A DNA stretch of 64,000 nt from an uncultured Chloroflexia bacterium (GTDB lineage: Bacteria; Chloroflexota; Chloroflexia; QHBQ01; JADMIH01), in NCBI GenBank assembly GCA_963797095.1, contig CAWCNY010000003.1:352001-416000 (forward strand), read 5' to 3'. Each line of letters opens with the position of its first letter. Positions within the stretch are counted from its first letter, which is position 1. Positions 30,176 to 39,709 of the stretch are shown here, piece by piece. The translations under genes were made by a program, and so were the position numbers. The notes under the pieces are model-generated. The model had not been told where the DNA came from. It was given only the letters and a program-made list of their open reading frames with translations, and made no database searches.

Positions 30176-30910
30176 CTACCGTCTTATACCCATCGCTGCC
30201 TGTTCTCTTTCCATCTCGCTCTTGAGATAGAATCCGGAGATCAGAGGGATCGCCAATGCCGCAAAGAGCATAACACAACCGACCAGCAGGATAGTCAAGG
30301 CCCACGACATGCCGAGATATATCCAGTACCCGACCAGCAGGGCCACTCCTCGCGTAGTCTTGCCCGCCCAGATGTGCCCTATACCCAGGAAGCCCACATA
30401 CCCTAACAATTCAAGCAGCAAGCCGACCGTAGGGTCTTTGGGCTGAGCATACCCGTACTGAGGTTGCGGATACTGCTGGTACTGTGGATTTTGCGGATAG
30501 TAAGGCTGCTGCTGTTGAGGGTACTGTTGCTGCGGGTAGGGTTGCTGTGGAGGCGGTGCATACTGTGCAGGTTGCCCCTGTCCCTGCCCGTACTGAGAAG
30601 GATTGTACTGAGGTGGCGCGGTATATTGCGTTGGCTGCCCCTGGCCTCCGTAGGCCCCTGCACCGCTGCCGGGCGTTTCACTACCCGGTGAATACTGTCC
30701 GGGCTGCCAGGAATACGGATCGCGGGCTGGCACCCCCGGCGTTTCCAGGGGCGAAGCAGGCATGGGTGAAGTCGAATAGGGTGGGTTTGGTGAGCTATAG
30801 GAACCACCAATATTTACGGTTGGCGTACCTTCCGCTGGTGGGGTCGAGCCGCCGGCATCTGAGCGGGCTTTCTCCTCACCGGAGTTGGGCACTTCGGGTT
30901 TGTCGTTCAT
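30176..30910 (-). CDS. Pro/Gln/Tyr-rich membrane protein with TM2-like C-terminus
   Basis: Low-complexity N-terminus; KDPTVGLLLE...GFLGIGHIWAG; GAGG RBS. Confidence 0.75.
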   Translation of the reverse strand: MNDKPEVPNSGEEKARSDAGGSTPPAEGTPTVNIGGSYSSPNPPYSTSPMPASPLETPGVPARDPYSWQPGQYSPGSETPGSGAGAYGGQGQPTQYTAPPQYNPSQYGQGQGQPAQYAPPPQQPYPQQQYPQQQQPYYPQNPQYQQYPQPQYGYAQPKDPTVGLLLELLGYVGFLGIGHIWAGKTTRGVALLVGYWIYLGMSWALTILLVGCVMLFAALAIPLISGFYLKSEMEREQAAMGIRR

Positions 30911-31142
30911 AGAGTAACCTCCTCTTCTATTTAGGCAGGAACACGCCGCCATTATAGCTTAAGGCCTGCCCGTCGTATATAAATACGGACCCCATGCGTG
31001 CAAAGTTGCGGCTTTCGCCGCCCGAAAATGGTAAAATAGAAGTGATATTGCCCCTTGTCGCCTCCCCCGATGCCAGGCACACAGGCTGTTTGCCCCATTT
31101 ACAGGGAAGGCGTCAATCCCCTTGAGAGGAGAGTTGCCCGCC

Positions 31143-34100
31143 GTGGCAAAGAAGACCCCCGCTACCGACCCCGCTTTCCAACAGAGCTTCGGTTTCACAG
31201 CACCCGCCGCCGACCCTGAGCTACCTTCAACCCCTGAGGAAACGCTCCCCGATGAGCCTGCCTGGCTGAACGATGCCCCCACTCCGGACGACAACGACAC
31301 CGTAGCTCCCAACGAGGATGCCCCACGTAAATACATCCACCAGCCCGACCCCGCAGCCCGCGAGCGCATCCTTGCGGGGTTGAATTCGAGGCAGCGCGAG
31401 GCCGTCGAAACCACCTCCGGCCCACTCCTCATTATTGCGGGCCCCGGCAGCGGCAAAACCCGCGTGCTCACGCACCGCATCGCCTATTTGATCGAGGTGG
31501 AAGGCGTGTGGCCGAGCCGCATATGCGCCGTTACGTTCACTAACAAAGCCGCTTTCGAGATGAAGCACAGGCTGGAGGGGCTGATTGGCTCAAGAGTCAA
31601 GGAGCTGACGGTGGGCACGTTTCACAGCCTCGGCGTGCGTATTCTGCGCCAGGATGCCGATGCAATCGGCTACCCGCGCGACTTTGCCATCTACGACGAC
31701 GACGACCAGTTGGCCCTGGTCAAGCAGGCCATTAAAGATATCGGCCTCGATGAGAAGATGTATCCCCCACGCTCGTTCCTCTCACGAATTAGCGACGCCA
31801 AGGCGGTGCTTGCGGGGCCTGAAGAGGCCCTCCGGCAGGCCGAGAACTACCGGCAGGAGATCGCGGCCCGTGTCTACCGCCGCTACCAGGAACTTCTACA
31901 GGGCAACAAGGGGATGGACTTCGACGACCTGATCAAGCTCACTATCGAGCTTTTCACCGAGCGGCCCGATATCATAAGGCGCTACCAGGAGAGATTCCTG
32001 CACGTGCTTGTGGACGAGTACCAGGACACAAGCCACTCTCAGTACGTGATGATCAAGATGCTGTCGGGCATCCACAAAAACCTGTGCGTTGTTGGCGATG
32101 ATGATCAATGCCTGCCGCCTGGCACGCGAATACTCACGCCCAGAGGGGAAGCCCCAATCGAGCAGATAGCAATTGCGCATGAGGTAGTAGTAGGAGCAGG
32201 CAAGGGCAGTGCCTCCACCGGGCACGTATCGGAGGTCAAAGAGCGCCCTTATCGTGGCAAGCTGCTTGAGATAAAGCTAAAGAGCAGGCGAACCTTACGC
32301 GCTACCCCCAACCACATGTGCTTCGCCCGTTTCAATCAAAGCCAGATGGCTAAAAATCAGGGGCTAATTCACCTGATGGCATTTGATGGCAACAGTCTGT
32401 CGACGCAGACTCCAGGGTTCGAGCATCGTGTTGTGATTGATCCCATAAGCCACGCAAAAGGAGGACAAAGAGCCCTGGATGCATTAGTCTCCGGCACTGG
32501 CAATGCATATCCCGAGCCTTCTAGAGAGTCTTATGTCAATCTTGCTGAGGCCATCCAAGTTACGGAGAAACTTACCCAAACAACGGGTCTGGAAGTAGCA
32601 CGCTGGGCAACACTTACAGAAGGCGATAAGTTTGCCTTCCATCCGGCCTCACACCTCCACCCAACCATGATAGTACCTGTCTGGCAGGATGGGCGCATTG
32701 TTGAAGATGAGATCGCGTCGGTCGAATCCGTTGATTACAGCGGGCCTGTGTATGACCTGAATGTGCCGCAGTTTCACAACTACATCGCTAATGGCATTGT
32801 AGTCCACAACTCTATTTACGGCTGGCGGGCGGCTGACATCCGCAACATCCTCGACTTCGAGCGCGACTACCCCGACGCCAAAGTTGTAGTCCTCGGCCAG
32901 AACTACCGCTCCACCCAGACCATCCTGAAGGTCGCCGACAAGGTGATCCAGGGCAATACCGAGCGCAAGCCCAAAGATCTCTGGACCGAGAACGACGCGG
33001 GCCTCCCCATCACCCTGTTCGAGGCGTACAACGAGACCGAAGAAGCCCAGTACGTGGCCCGCGAGGTCATGCGCCTGAACGCCCAGGATTACGCCTACAA
33101 AGATATAGCAGTCATGTACCGCACCAACGCTCAATCCCGCGAAATCGAGCAGGCGTGCATGCTCTACCGCGTCCCGTACCAGTTGGTGGGCGGCGTGCGC
33201 TTCTATTCCCGCAAAGAGGTCAAGGACGTGCTGTCGGTGCTGCGCGTGGTCCACAACCCTGCCAGCAACGTAGACTTCTTGCGCATGGTGAACAACACGC
33301 CGCTCGGCAAGGGAATTGGCTCGAAGACCCTCGCCGACCTGGAAGCCTACGCCACCAAGCTGGGCGTTTCTCTCTACGAAGCCATGCACCAGGCCCTAAA
33401 AGAGAGCAAGCGCGGCAAAGATGAGCCTATAGAGCCGGGTGCCCCTGTCTTCACGACCTCCACCGCCCGCTTCGTGCCCCTCCTCGCCAGCGTCGCAGAA
33501 CTGATAGCGTCCAGGGTCGATCTACCTGTGGTGGGCTTGCTCGACCTGCTTCTAGCCAAAACCGGCTACCAGGAATTCCTACAGGACGGCACCGAGGAAG
33601 GCGAAGAACGCTGGCAGAACGTAATGGAGTTGCGCACCGTCGCCGAAAACTACGCCGAGCTATCTGTATCCGAGCAGTTGGCGCGCTTCCTCGAAGATGT
33701 GGCCCTGATGTCAGACGTGGACACCCTCAAAGAAGAGAAGGATGCAGTCACGCTCATCACCCTCCACGCCTCCAAAGGGCTTGAGTTCCCCGTGGTCTTC
33801 ATCGTCGGCATGGACGAGGGCATCCTGCCCCACAGCCGCGCCCTCGAAGCCGAGGAGGCGGGCAAGCTCGACAGCATGGAGGAGGAGCGCAGGCTAGCCT
33901 ACGTTGGCATCACCCGCGCCAAGCAGCGCCTCTACATGGTATACGCCTTCCGCCGCACCCTCTACGGCATGACCCAGGTCAACGGCCCCTCGCGCTTCAT
34001 TGCCGATGTGCCCTCCGAACTAGTGACCGGACGCGATCCGGGCACAGCCTTCAACCCTTCGCGCACCACCCTCAAGCCCAACAGCGTGCCCGAAAAAGGC

Positions 34101-34505
34101 TTTACCGCCGAGGACATCCTTGGTGGCAACGTCAGCATCTACGGCAGCGGCAAGTCCTTCGCAAAAAGCGGGCAGGCTCGCCGCCCCGGCACTGACAGAA
34201 TCCAGCCCGGCCTGCGCCCCTCCTCCTACCGCACCGAGAAGCGCCGGGAAGAGCGTCGCGATGAGCGCAGCACCCGCCTCAACATCACATCTGCCTCCGA
34301 CCTGCGCGACCGAAAGCAAGGCAACGCCACAAGCGCACCGTCCAACGGCTTCAAGGTGGGCGACCGGGTACAACACCCCACCTTCGGCGAAGGCCAGATT
34401 TTGCAGGTCAAAGAGAGCGGCCCAGATCAAGAGTTGACTGTGATGTTCAAGAGCCACGGCACCAAGCGTTTGCTCGCCAGTATGGCGCGCCTGGAGAAGA
34501 TTTAA
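31143..34505 (+). CDS. pcrA: UvrD/PcrA-family helicase containing an intein
   Basis: AGPGSGKT, TFTNKAA, DEYQD, GDDDQ|SIY, NYRST, YRTNAQSR, TLHASKGLEF, EERRLAYVGITRA; C-terminal Tudor-like domain. Confidence 0.95.
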   Translation: MAKKTPATDPAFQQSFGFTAPAADPELPSTPEETLPDEPAWLNDAPTPDDNDTVAPNEDAPRKYIHQPDPAARERILAGLNSRQREAVETTSGPLLIIAGPGSGKTRVLTHRIAYLIEVEGVWPSRICAVTFTNKAAFEMKHRLEGLIGSRVKELTVGTFHSLGVRILRQDADAIGYPRDFAIYDDDDQLALVKQAIKDIGLDEKMYPPRSFLSRISDAKAVLAGPEEALRQAENYRQEIAARVYRRYQELLQGNKGMDFDDLIKLTIELFTERPDIIRRYQERFLHVLVDEYQDTSHSQYVMIKMLSGIHKNLCVVGDDDQCLPPGTRILTPRGEAPIEQIAIAHEVVVGAGKGSASTGHVSEVKERPYRGKLLEIKLKSRRTLRATPNHMCFARFNQSQMAKNQGLIHLMAFDGNSLSTQTPGFEHRVVIDPISHAKGGQRALDALVSGTGNAYPEPSRESYVNLAEAIQVTEKLTQTTGLEVARWATLTEGDKFAFHPASHLHPTMIVPVWQDGRIVEDEIASVESVDYSGPVYDLNVPQFHNYIANGIVVHNSIYGWRAADIRNILDFERDYPDAKVVVLGQNYRSTQTILKVADKVIQGNTERKPKDLWTENDAGLPITLFEAYNETEEAQYVAREVMRLNAQDYAYKDIAVMYRTNAQSREIEQACMLYRVPYQLVGGVRFYSRKEVKDVLSVLRVVHNPASNVDFLRMVNNTPLGKGIGSKTLADLEAYATKLGVSLYEAMHQALKESKRGKDEPIEPGAPVFTTSTARFVPLLASVAELIASRVDLPVVGLLDLLLAKTGYQEFLQDGTEEGEERWQNVMELRTVAENYAELSVSEQLARFLEDVALMSDVDTLKEEKDAVTLITLHASKGLEFPVVFIVGMDEGILPHSRALEAEEAGKLDSMEEERRLAYVGITRAKQRLYMVYAFRRTLYGMTQVNGPSRFIADVPSELVTGRDPGTAFNPSRTTLKPNSVPEKGFTAEDILGGNVSIYGSGKSFAKSGQARRPGTDRIQPGLRPSSYRTEKRREERRDERSTRLNITSASDLRDRKQGNATSAPSNGFKVGDRVQHPTFGEGQILQVKESGPDQELTVMFKSHGTKRLLASMARLEKI
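32109..32810 (+). mobile_element. Intein (234 aa) in helicase motif III
   Basis: Starts CLPPGT; block B ATPNH; ends YDLNV...IANGIVVHN before Ser; removal restores GDDDQSIYGWR; more AT-rich than flanks. Confidence 0.95.
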
Positions 34506-34589
34506 GCAACTTATCCTTCTCCCGGATCGTCATAAGGATGCGGGGCACATCCGTTGTGGCTGGTCGCCCTGCGGGAAAGGAGAGTTACA

Positions 34590-35594
34590 ATGCACAAACA
34601 TCTTCCCAAAAGATTCGCTTCACTGGTGGCGCTGCTGGTTTTCGCCTCGATGATCGGTGCGCCCGCCCGTGCATCATACGCGCAAAGCAACTGCCGGACC
34701 TTCAACGAAACAGGCAAGACTGTTTGCGACAAGTTCCTCGACTACTGGAACCGGCATGGCGGCCTGCGCCAGCAGGGCTATCCGATCTCCAACGAATTCC
34801 AGGAAGTATCCGATACTGACGGCAAAATCTACACTGTCCAGTATTTCGAGCGCGCCGTATTCGAGCTACACCCTGAGAACCCACCGCCCTACGACGTGCT
34901 CCTCTCCCTGCTGGGCACAATCACCATGCAGCAGAAATATCCCGGTGGCCCGCCCGCCCCGCCCACTGCCGTCAACCCACAGGTAGGGCAGTATTTCCCC
35001 GAAACGGACCAGTGGGTCAGCGGCGAGTTCCTCGACTACTGGAAGGCCAATGGCGGCCTCGCCCAGCAAGGCTACCCTATCTCGCAGCGCTTCCCCGAAA
35101 AGAGCGACCTCGACGGCAAGACCTACACCGTCCAGTATTTTGAACGCGCAGTATTCGAGCTACACCCCGAAAACGATCCGGGCAATCAGGTCTTGCTCAC
35201 GCAGTTGGGCACCGAGCAATACAAGAAGAAGTACCCCAACGGGGAGCCGCCACCGGGAGCCCCTACCCCTCTGCAAACGGGGCGGTGGGGCAATGAGGGC
35301 GTGACCATGGATGTGTCGGCAGACAGCGCCTTCCTTGAGTTCGACTGCGCCCACGCCAACATACCGGTCGCGCTGGTGGCGCATGGAGGCCAGGTGGATG
35401 TGGAGGGCACTTTCGTGCAGGAGCACGGCGGACCAGTTGTGGACGACAACGACAACCCGCAGCCCGCACGCTTCACAGGCACCCTCAAAGGCGATACCCT
35501 GACCTTGACGATCACCTACACCGCAGACAACTCAACCGTAGGCACATTCACGCTGATCTACGGCAATGAGGGCAGGCTGCGCAAGTGCCTGTAA
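34590..35594 (+). CDS. Secreted protein with duplicated Chloroflexi-type module (GGLxQQGYPIS...YFERAVFELHPEN) and C-terminal beta domain
   Basis: Signal peptide; two internal repeats; AAGGAG RBS. Confidence 0.8.
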   Translation: MHKHLPKRFASLVALLVFASMIGAPARASYAQSNCRTFNETGKTVCDKFLDYWNRHGGLRQQGYPISNEFQEVSDTDGKIYTVQYFERAVFELHPENPPPYDVLLSLLGTITMQQKYPGGPPAPPTAVNPQVGQYFPETDQWVSGEFLDYWKANGGLAQQGYPISQRFPEKSDLDGKTYTVQYFERAVFELHPENDPGNQVLLTQLGTEQYKKKYPNGEPPPGAPTPLQTGRWGNEGVTMDVSADSAFLEFDCAHANIPVALVAHGGQVDVEGTFVQEHGGPVVDDNDNPQPARFTGTLKGDTLTLTITYTADNSTVGTFTLIYGNEGRLRKCL

Positions 35595-35597
35595 ATA

Positions 35598-35661
35598 ACG
35601 AGTGGCGAGTGGCGAGTGGCGAGTGATTATGCAGTACGCAGTACGCAATACTCACTCGTCA
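35598..35661. repeat. Composite heptamer repeat (CGAGTGG)n + (GCAGTAC)n
   Basis: Same organisation as at 15686-15742 and 62596-62662. Confidence 0.8.
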
Positions 35662-37596
35662 CAACCCCTCAATCTCCACAGGCTCTACTGGCTCCGCCAA
35701 CTCGAAGCCCAGTATCCTGGAGTAGAAGTACAACTCGGCATCAATTGAACGCATGATGTTGGCGGCCTGGCGGAAGCCGTGCCCCTCTCCCTCAAACTCT
35801 ATGTAGGCCACCGGCACCCCCTTCTTCCTGAGGGCCTCCACCATCATTTGCGATTGGGCGGGCGGCACCACCAGGTCGTCCAGCCCCTGGAAGAAGATAA
35901 TCGGACAGTGCAGACGCTCGGTGTGGTACAGGGCCGACCTCTCAATATAAAGGTCGCGCATTTGGGGATAAGGGCCGACCATGCTGTTGTTGTAGCGCGA
36001 CTCGAACTTGTGCGTATCCTTCTCCAGCGCCTCCAGGTCGCCTATCCCATAGTAGCTTGCCCCCACCTGGAACGCGTCGCGGAAAGTGAGCGCGCATAGC
36101 GTCGTGAACCCGCCCGCGCTCCCTCCTCTGATCGCCAGCCTGTTGCCATCCGCCAGCCCGTGCCTCACCAGATACAGAGCGCCGTTCACACAATCGTCCA
36201 CATCCACCACGCCCCATTGGCCGTTCAACCGCTGCCTGTATTCGCGCCCGTAACCTGTGCTCCCCCCGTAATTCACGTCCAGCACCGCGATCCCTCGCGT
36301 GGTCCAGTACTGGATTTTGAAGCTCAGGCTTGGCGAAGTTGACGAGGTAGGCCCGCCGTGGCTCATCACCAGCAGCGGTGGCTTCTCCCCCTCCGGCGCT
36401 GTGAAGTCGGGGTTGGTCGGCGGGTAGTAGAATCCATAAGCTGTTCGCCCGCCCTCGGTCGGGAACTCCACTGGCTGCGCCACCGATATATAGCCGGGGT
36501 CGATATCGACCGTCCCGGCCCGCTTCAAGACCTCGGTCTGCCCGCTCTCCACATCCAGCCGCACCAGCGCGGTTTCGTCGCTGCTCGATCCCGCTATTAA
36601 CACTGCATAGCCTGGCATCGCCCACACCTGCGTGAAATCCACAAACGGCAGTTCCAGGTCTGTAAGTTGAGAGGTGCGCGCATCGAGCAGTCCAAGCCTC
36701 CACCCATCCTTCTGCCCGTAGGCGCACACGATCCGGTTGGCCGACTCGAACGCATACAGCGAGTTGCCGAACTGCCACATCGGCGCGCCGAACTCGGCCT
36801 CCGTCGGGTGAACCGCCTCCGCGCTCCCATCTCGCCACCGGTAGATATTCCACCAGCCCGTTTCCTCTCCAACAAAGTAGAGCGTGCCGTCTGGCGACCA
36901 CACCGGCTGGCAAACCAACTCGGTCGGCCCACCCGCGATCTTCAGGCGATTGGTCACGCGCCCATCTTCATCGAAATCTCCAACCCACAACTCGCACCCA
37001 TCCCACGGCATGTTAGGGTGGTTCCACTGAAGCCAGGCCAATCGCGAGCCATCAGGGCTGGTGCGCGGCGCTGAGTAAAAGTCGCAACCCTCCACAAGCA
37101 CAGCCCCACCTTCGGAATCTTGGTCAGAGTTTACGGCCACTATAGTATTCACAGCCTCGCGGCCCACAACGGTGTGGTCCTCGCGCACGCATACCAGCCT
37201 GTTCCTCGCCTTGTCCATCCTGGCGTCGGCATACCGCAATTGGGCTTCGGGGGTGATCGGCCTCGGCTCCCCGACCCCGCGCTCCAGCCTGTAGACCCGT
37301 TGGTCGGTAAAGTTGGAGAAGAAGAGCGTCCCATCCGAAACGGTGAAGGAGATACCCCCGTACTCATGTACTCGACTACGGGCGTTCCACGGCGCGGGCA
37401 GTAGCTCCTCAGACTCGCCGCCCGGCACCGATCGCATCACCGTCTGACGCCCCCGCTCCTGCGGCCTCCCCTCGCTCCAGTAGATATCCTTGCCGTCGAT
37501 CCACACATGCGCAAGCCCTACCCGGTCGGCCACCAGCATTTGCGACGAAACAGGCGATTTCCAGGATCCATAGGGCGCGACTTTCACGTTTGCCAT
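35659..37596 (-). CDS. S9 family (prolyl oligopeptidase/acylaminoacyl) peptidase
   Basis: APYGSWKSP, HGGPT, NYGGSTGYG, GGSAGG nucleophile, EGHGF. Confidence 0.95.
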   Translation of the reverse strand: MANVKVAPYGSWKSPVSSQMLVADRVGLAHVWIDGKDIYWSEGRPQERGRQTVMRSVPGGESEELLPAPWNARSRVHEYGGISFTVSDGTLFFSNFTDQRVYRLERGVGEPRPITPEAQLRYADARMDKARNRLVCVREDHTVVGREAVNTIVAVNSDQDSEGGAVLVEGCDFYSAPRTSPDGSRLAWLQWNHPNMPWDGCELWVGDFDEDGRVTNRLKIAGGPTELVCQPVWSPDGTLYFVGEETGWWNIYRWRDGSAEAVHPTEAEFGAPMWQFGNSLYAFESANRIVCAYGQKDGWRLGLLDARTSQLTDLELPFVDFTQVWAMPGYAVLIAGSSSDETALVRLDVESGQTEVLKRAGTVDIDPGYISVAQPVEFPTEGGRTAYGFYYPPTNPDFTAPEGEKPPLLVMSHGGPTSSTSPSLSFKIQYWTTRGIAVLDVNYGGSTGYGREYRQRLNGQWGVVDVDDCVNGALYLVRHGLADGNRLAIRGGSAGGFTTLCALTFRDAFQVGASYYGIGDLEALEKDTHKFESRYNNSMVGPYPQMRDLYIERSALYHTERLHCPIIFFQGLDDLVVPPAQSQMMVEALRKKGVPVAYIEFEGEGHGFRQAANIMRSIDAELYFYSRILGFELAEPVEPVEIEGL

Positions 37597-37675
37597 CCTT
37601 TCCTAACCTCCAAACACAACCTTGTCGTAACTGAGATCCAATGGCCCGCCTCCTCCGACCACCGACTACTGTTCG

Positions 37676-39574
37676 TCACTGCCCTCCATACCGCCAGTCG
37701 TAATAGTGCCTCCCAACGTTCCCGAACTGCACCTGGAATCCTTCAGGAGCCTGCGGGTCGTATGTCACGGTGCGGCGCTCGAACACCTGCATCAGCACGT
37801 TGTGTGACTCGCCCCCAACCTGCACCGTAGCCCAGTAAGCCTCCGAGATCGGGTAGCCTGCGATATAGATCCAATCCCAGGTCTGCGACTTGAACCAGTT
37901 CAGGAACACATCTGGCACATTATGTCCCGTTTCGGGCAAATACGCGCCTACCGTCACGGTCGCGCCCAGGTCGGCGTTCTGCCCCACGGTGCCATCCCTG
38001 GCGAGGGTTGCATCCACGGGTTGCCCTGTCCTGTCCTCCGCTTTCGCCGCGTCGGTCCCCGCGCCCAACGAGTTGAACGTGGCGTAGGTAGGCGCATTGG
38101 CATCGTCAATATCGCCCGCCACCGGCACTTCGGCGGGCGTTCTCGCCTCGGACGCCGTCTGGCCCGTCGAGATCCGCCCCGTCACCATATCGCGCGCCAG
38201 CGCGCCGGGCACTACCACGAAGCGCGAAGGCTGGGGCGGGTTGGCAACTGGCAGGTCCATCCTCCCCTTGTCGAAGTACACCACCTGCTGCTGGCCGTCC
38301 TGCCCCTCGGCATAAGGCTCGGTCCCCGAGTAGATCGCGGTCGGCCCCCACAGATATGGCCGCTGAGCCGTACCGTTCGCCACAGGCAGGTCGGCCACGC
38401 GCCACTGGTACCAGAAGCCCGCGTCGGGCAATTGCAGGCGCGGCTTCGGCTGCCAGTTGGCGTTGAACCCGTCCACGATCTTCTCGCCACCCGACCCGTC
38501 CGTACGCACCAACCACGACTCGTGTGTATAGAGGAGGCTGCCGTCCTTCTGCCTGGTGGTGCGCGACACGCGCACAAGCATCGTCTTGGAATCCGCCGAG
38601 AAGAATGGAGGACCATAGTCGGTCACTTCGCCCTTGTAGGCTATGCTGTGGGGGTGCGACAGGATGATCTTGGCGTTCTCCCCATTGAAATCGGCCAGGA
38701 ACAGGCGCTGCCCATCGCTGCCCGCGCTATTGATCGCGTAGGCCACCTTGTTGATCCCCGTGGACCACGACACGCCCGCCCGCGCGATTGCCGTCTGCTT
38801 GACCGACTTTGCCACGCTCACGAACTGCCCGTTGGTCAGGTCGAGCACGCCGTACTCGATGCCGTCCGTGACCGCCAGGTAGCGCCCGCCCGGTGCCCAC
38901 CCGCCCGCGATCACGAACCAGTTGCGCGGCTCCCCAGGCAGGGCTTCCACGCCTACCGGCGAGCCGACCCCTCCCGCCACCTGCAGGATGCGCCCAGGCC
39001 ACCCGGCGGCTATGCGCGTGCCATCGGGCGACCACGCCACCGCCGCTGCCCCCGGCGGCAGTGAGGGGATATCCTCGCCACCCGGCACCAGCCACGAATC
39101 GCCGCCGCCTGACGGGATGATGTGCAGATTCCCCTTCGCTATCGGCGTGCCGTAGTTCGAGCTATCAACATAAGCGATGAAGTGCCCATCCGGCGACCAG
39201 AACGGCGGCGATGCCACACCCGTTGCCAGCATCTTGAGGTCCGAGCCGTCGGGGTTGACGGTGTAAAGTTCGGTGCGCTCGGTGGTCACGGCCAGCTTTT
39301 TGCCGTCGGGCGACCACGAAGCAAACCACACCCGCAACCCCTGCGTGACCTGCCGCTTGTCGGTGCCATCCAGGCGCATTACATAGAGATCACGCGCACG
39401 ATCAGGCAGGGAGTCGTCGGCATAAGAGAAGAAGTCGGGGGGAGATGTCGCGGCGGGAGGTTGCGTCTGCGCCGCTACAGTGGTGGCATGGAAGGCCGGT
39501 GCCGACAACAACACCAGGGAAACGAACACAAGCAAAAGCCGCGCAATGCGCTTCGGGAGGAGGTTAGCTGACAT
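37676..39574 (-). CDS. Secreted TolB-like beta-propeller fused to a C-terminal Chloroflexi-type module
   Basis: Signal peptide; WSPDG repeats; YFDKGRMD, GYPISEAYW, QVFERR, GNVGRHYYDWRY. Confidence 0.8.
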   Translation of the reverse strand: MSANLLPKRIARLLLVFVSLVLLSAPAFHATTVAAQTQPPAATSPPDFFSYADDSLPDRARDLYVMRLDGTDKRQVTQGLRVWFASWSPDGKKLAVTTERTELYTVNPDGSDLKMLATGVASPPFWSPDGHFIAYVDSSNYGTPIAKGNLHIIPSGGGDSWLVPGGEDIPSLPPGAAAVAWSPDGTRIAAGWPGRILQVAGGVGSPVGVEALPGEPRNWFVIAGGWAPGGRYLAVTDGIEYGVLDLTNGQFVSVAKSVKQTAIARAGVSWSTGINKVAYAINSAGSDGQRLFLADFNGENAKIILSHPHSIAYKGEVTDYGPPFFSADSKTMLVRVSRTTRQKDGSLLYTHESWLVRTDGSGGEKIVDGFNANWQPKPRLQLPDAGFWYQWRVADLPVANGTAQRPYLWGPTAIYSGTEPYAEGQDGQQQVVYFDKGRMDLPVANPPQPSRFVVVPGALARDMVTGRISTGQTASEARTPAEVPVAGDIDDANAPTYATFNSLGAGTDAAKAEDRTGQPVDATLARDGTVGQNADLGATVTVGAYLPETGHNVPDVFLNWFKSQTWDWIYIAGYPISEAYWATVQVGGESHNVLMQVFERRTVTYDPQAPEGFQVQFGNVGRHYYDWRYGGQ

Positions 39575-39654
39575 CAAGGTTCTCCTAACTCATGATCTGG
39601 GGGAAAGGTCCGGAAAAGGACAGGAGATTATAACACACATCCCCGTACAGACAG

Positions 39655-39687
39655 GAGCAGGGACGACCTCTAAGATCGTCCCTGCTC
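39655..39687. terminator. Hairpin after the paralog pair
   Basis: GAGCAGGGACGA/TCGTCCCTGCTC. Confidence 0.55.
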
Positions 39688-39709
39688 ACCCCTCGACGTG
39701 TGTGTTCCT

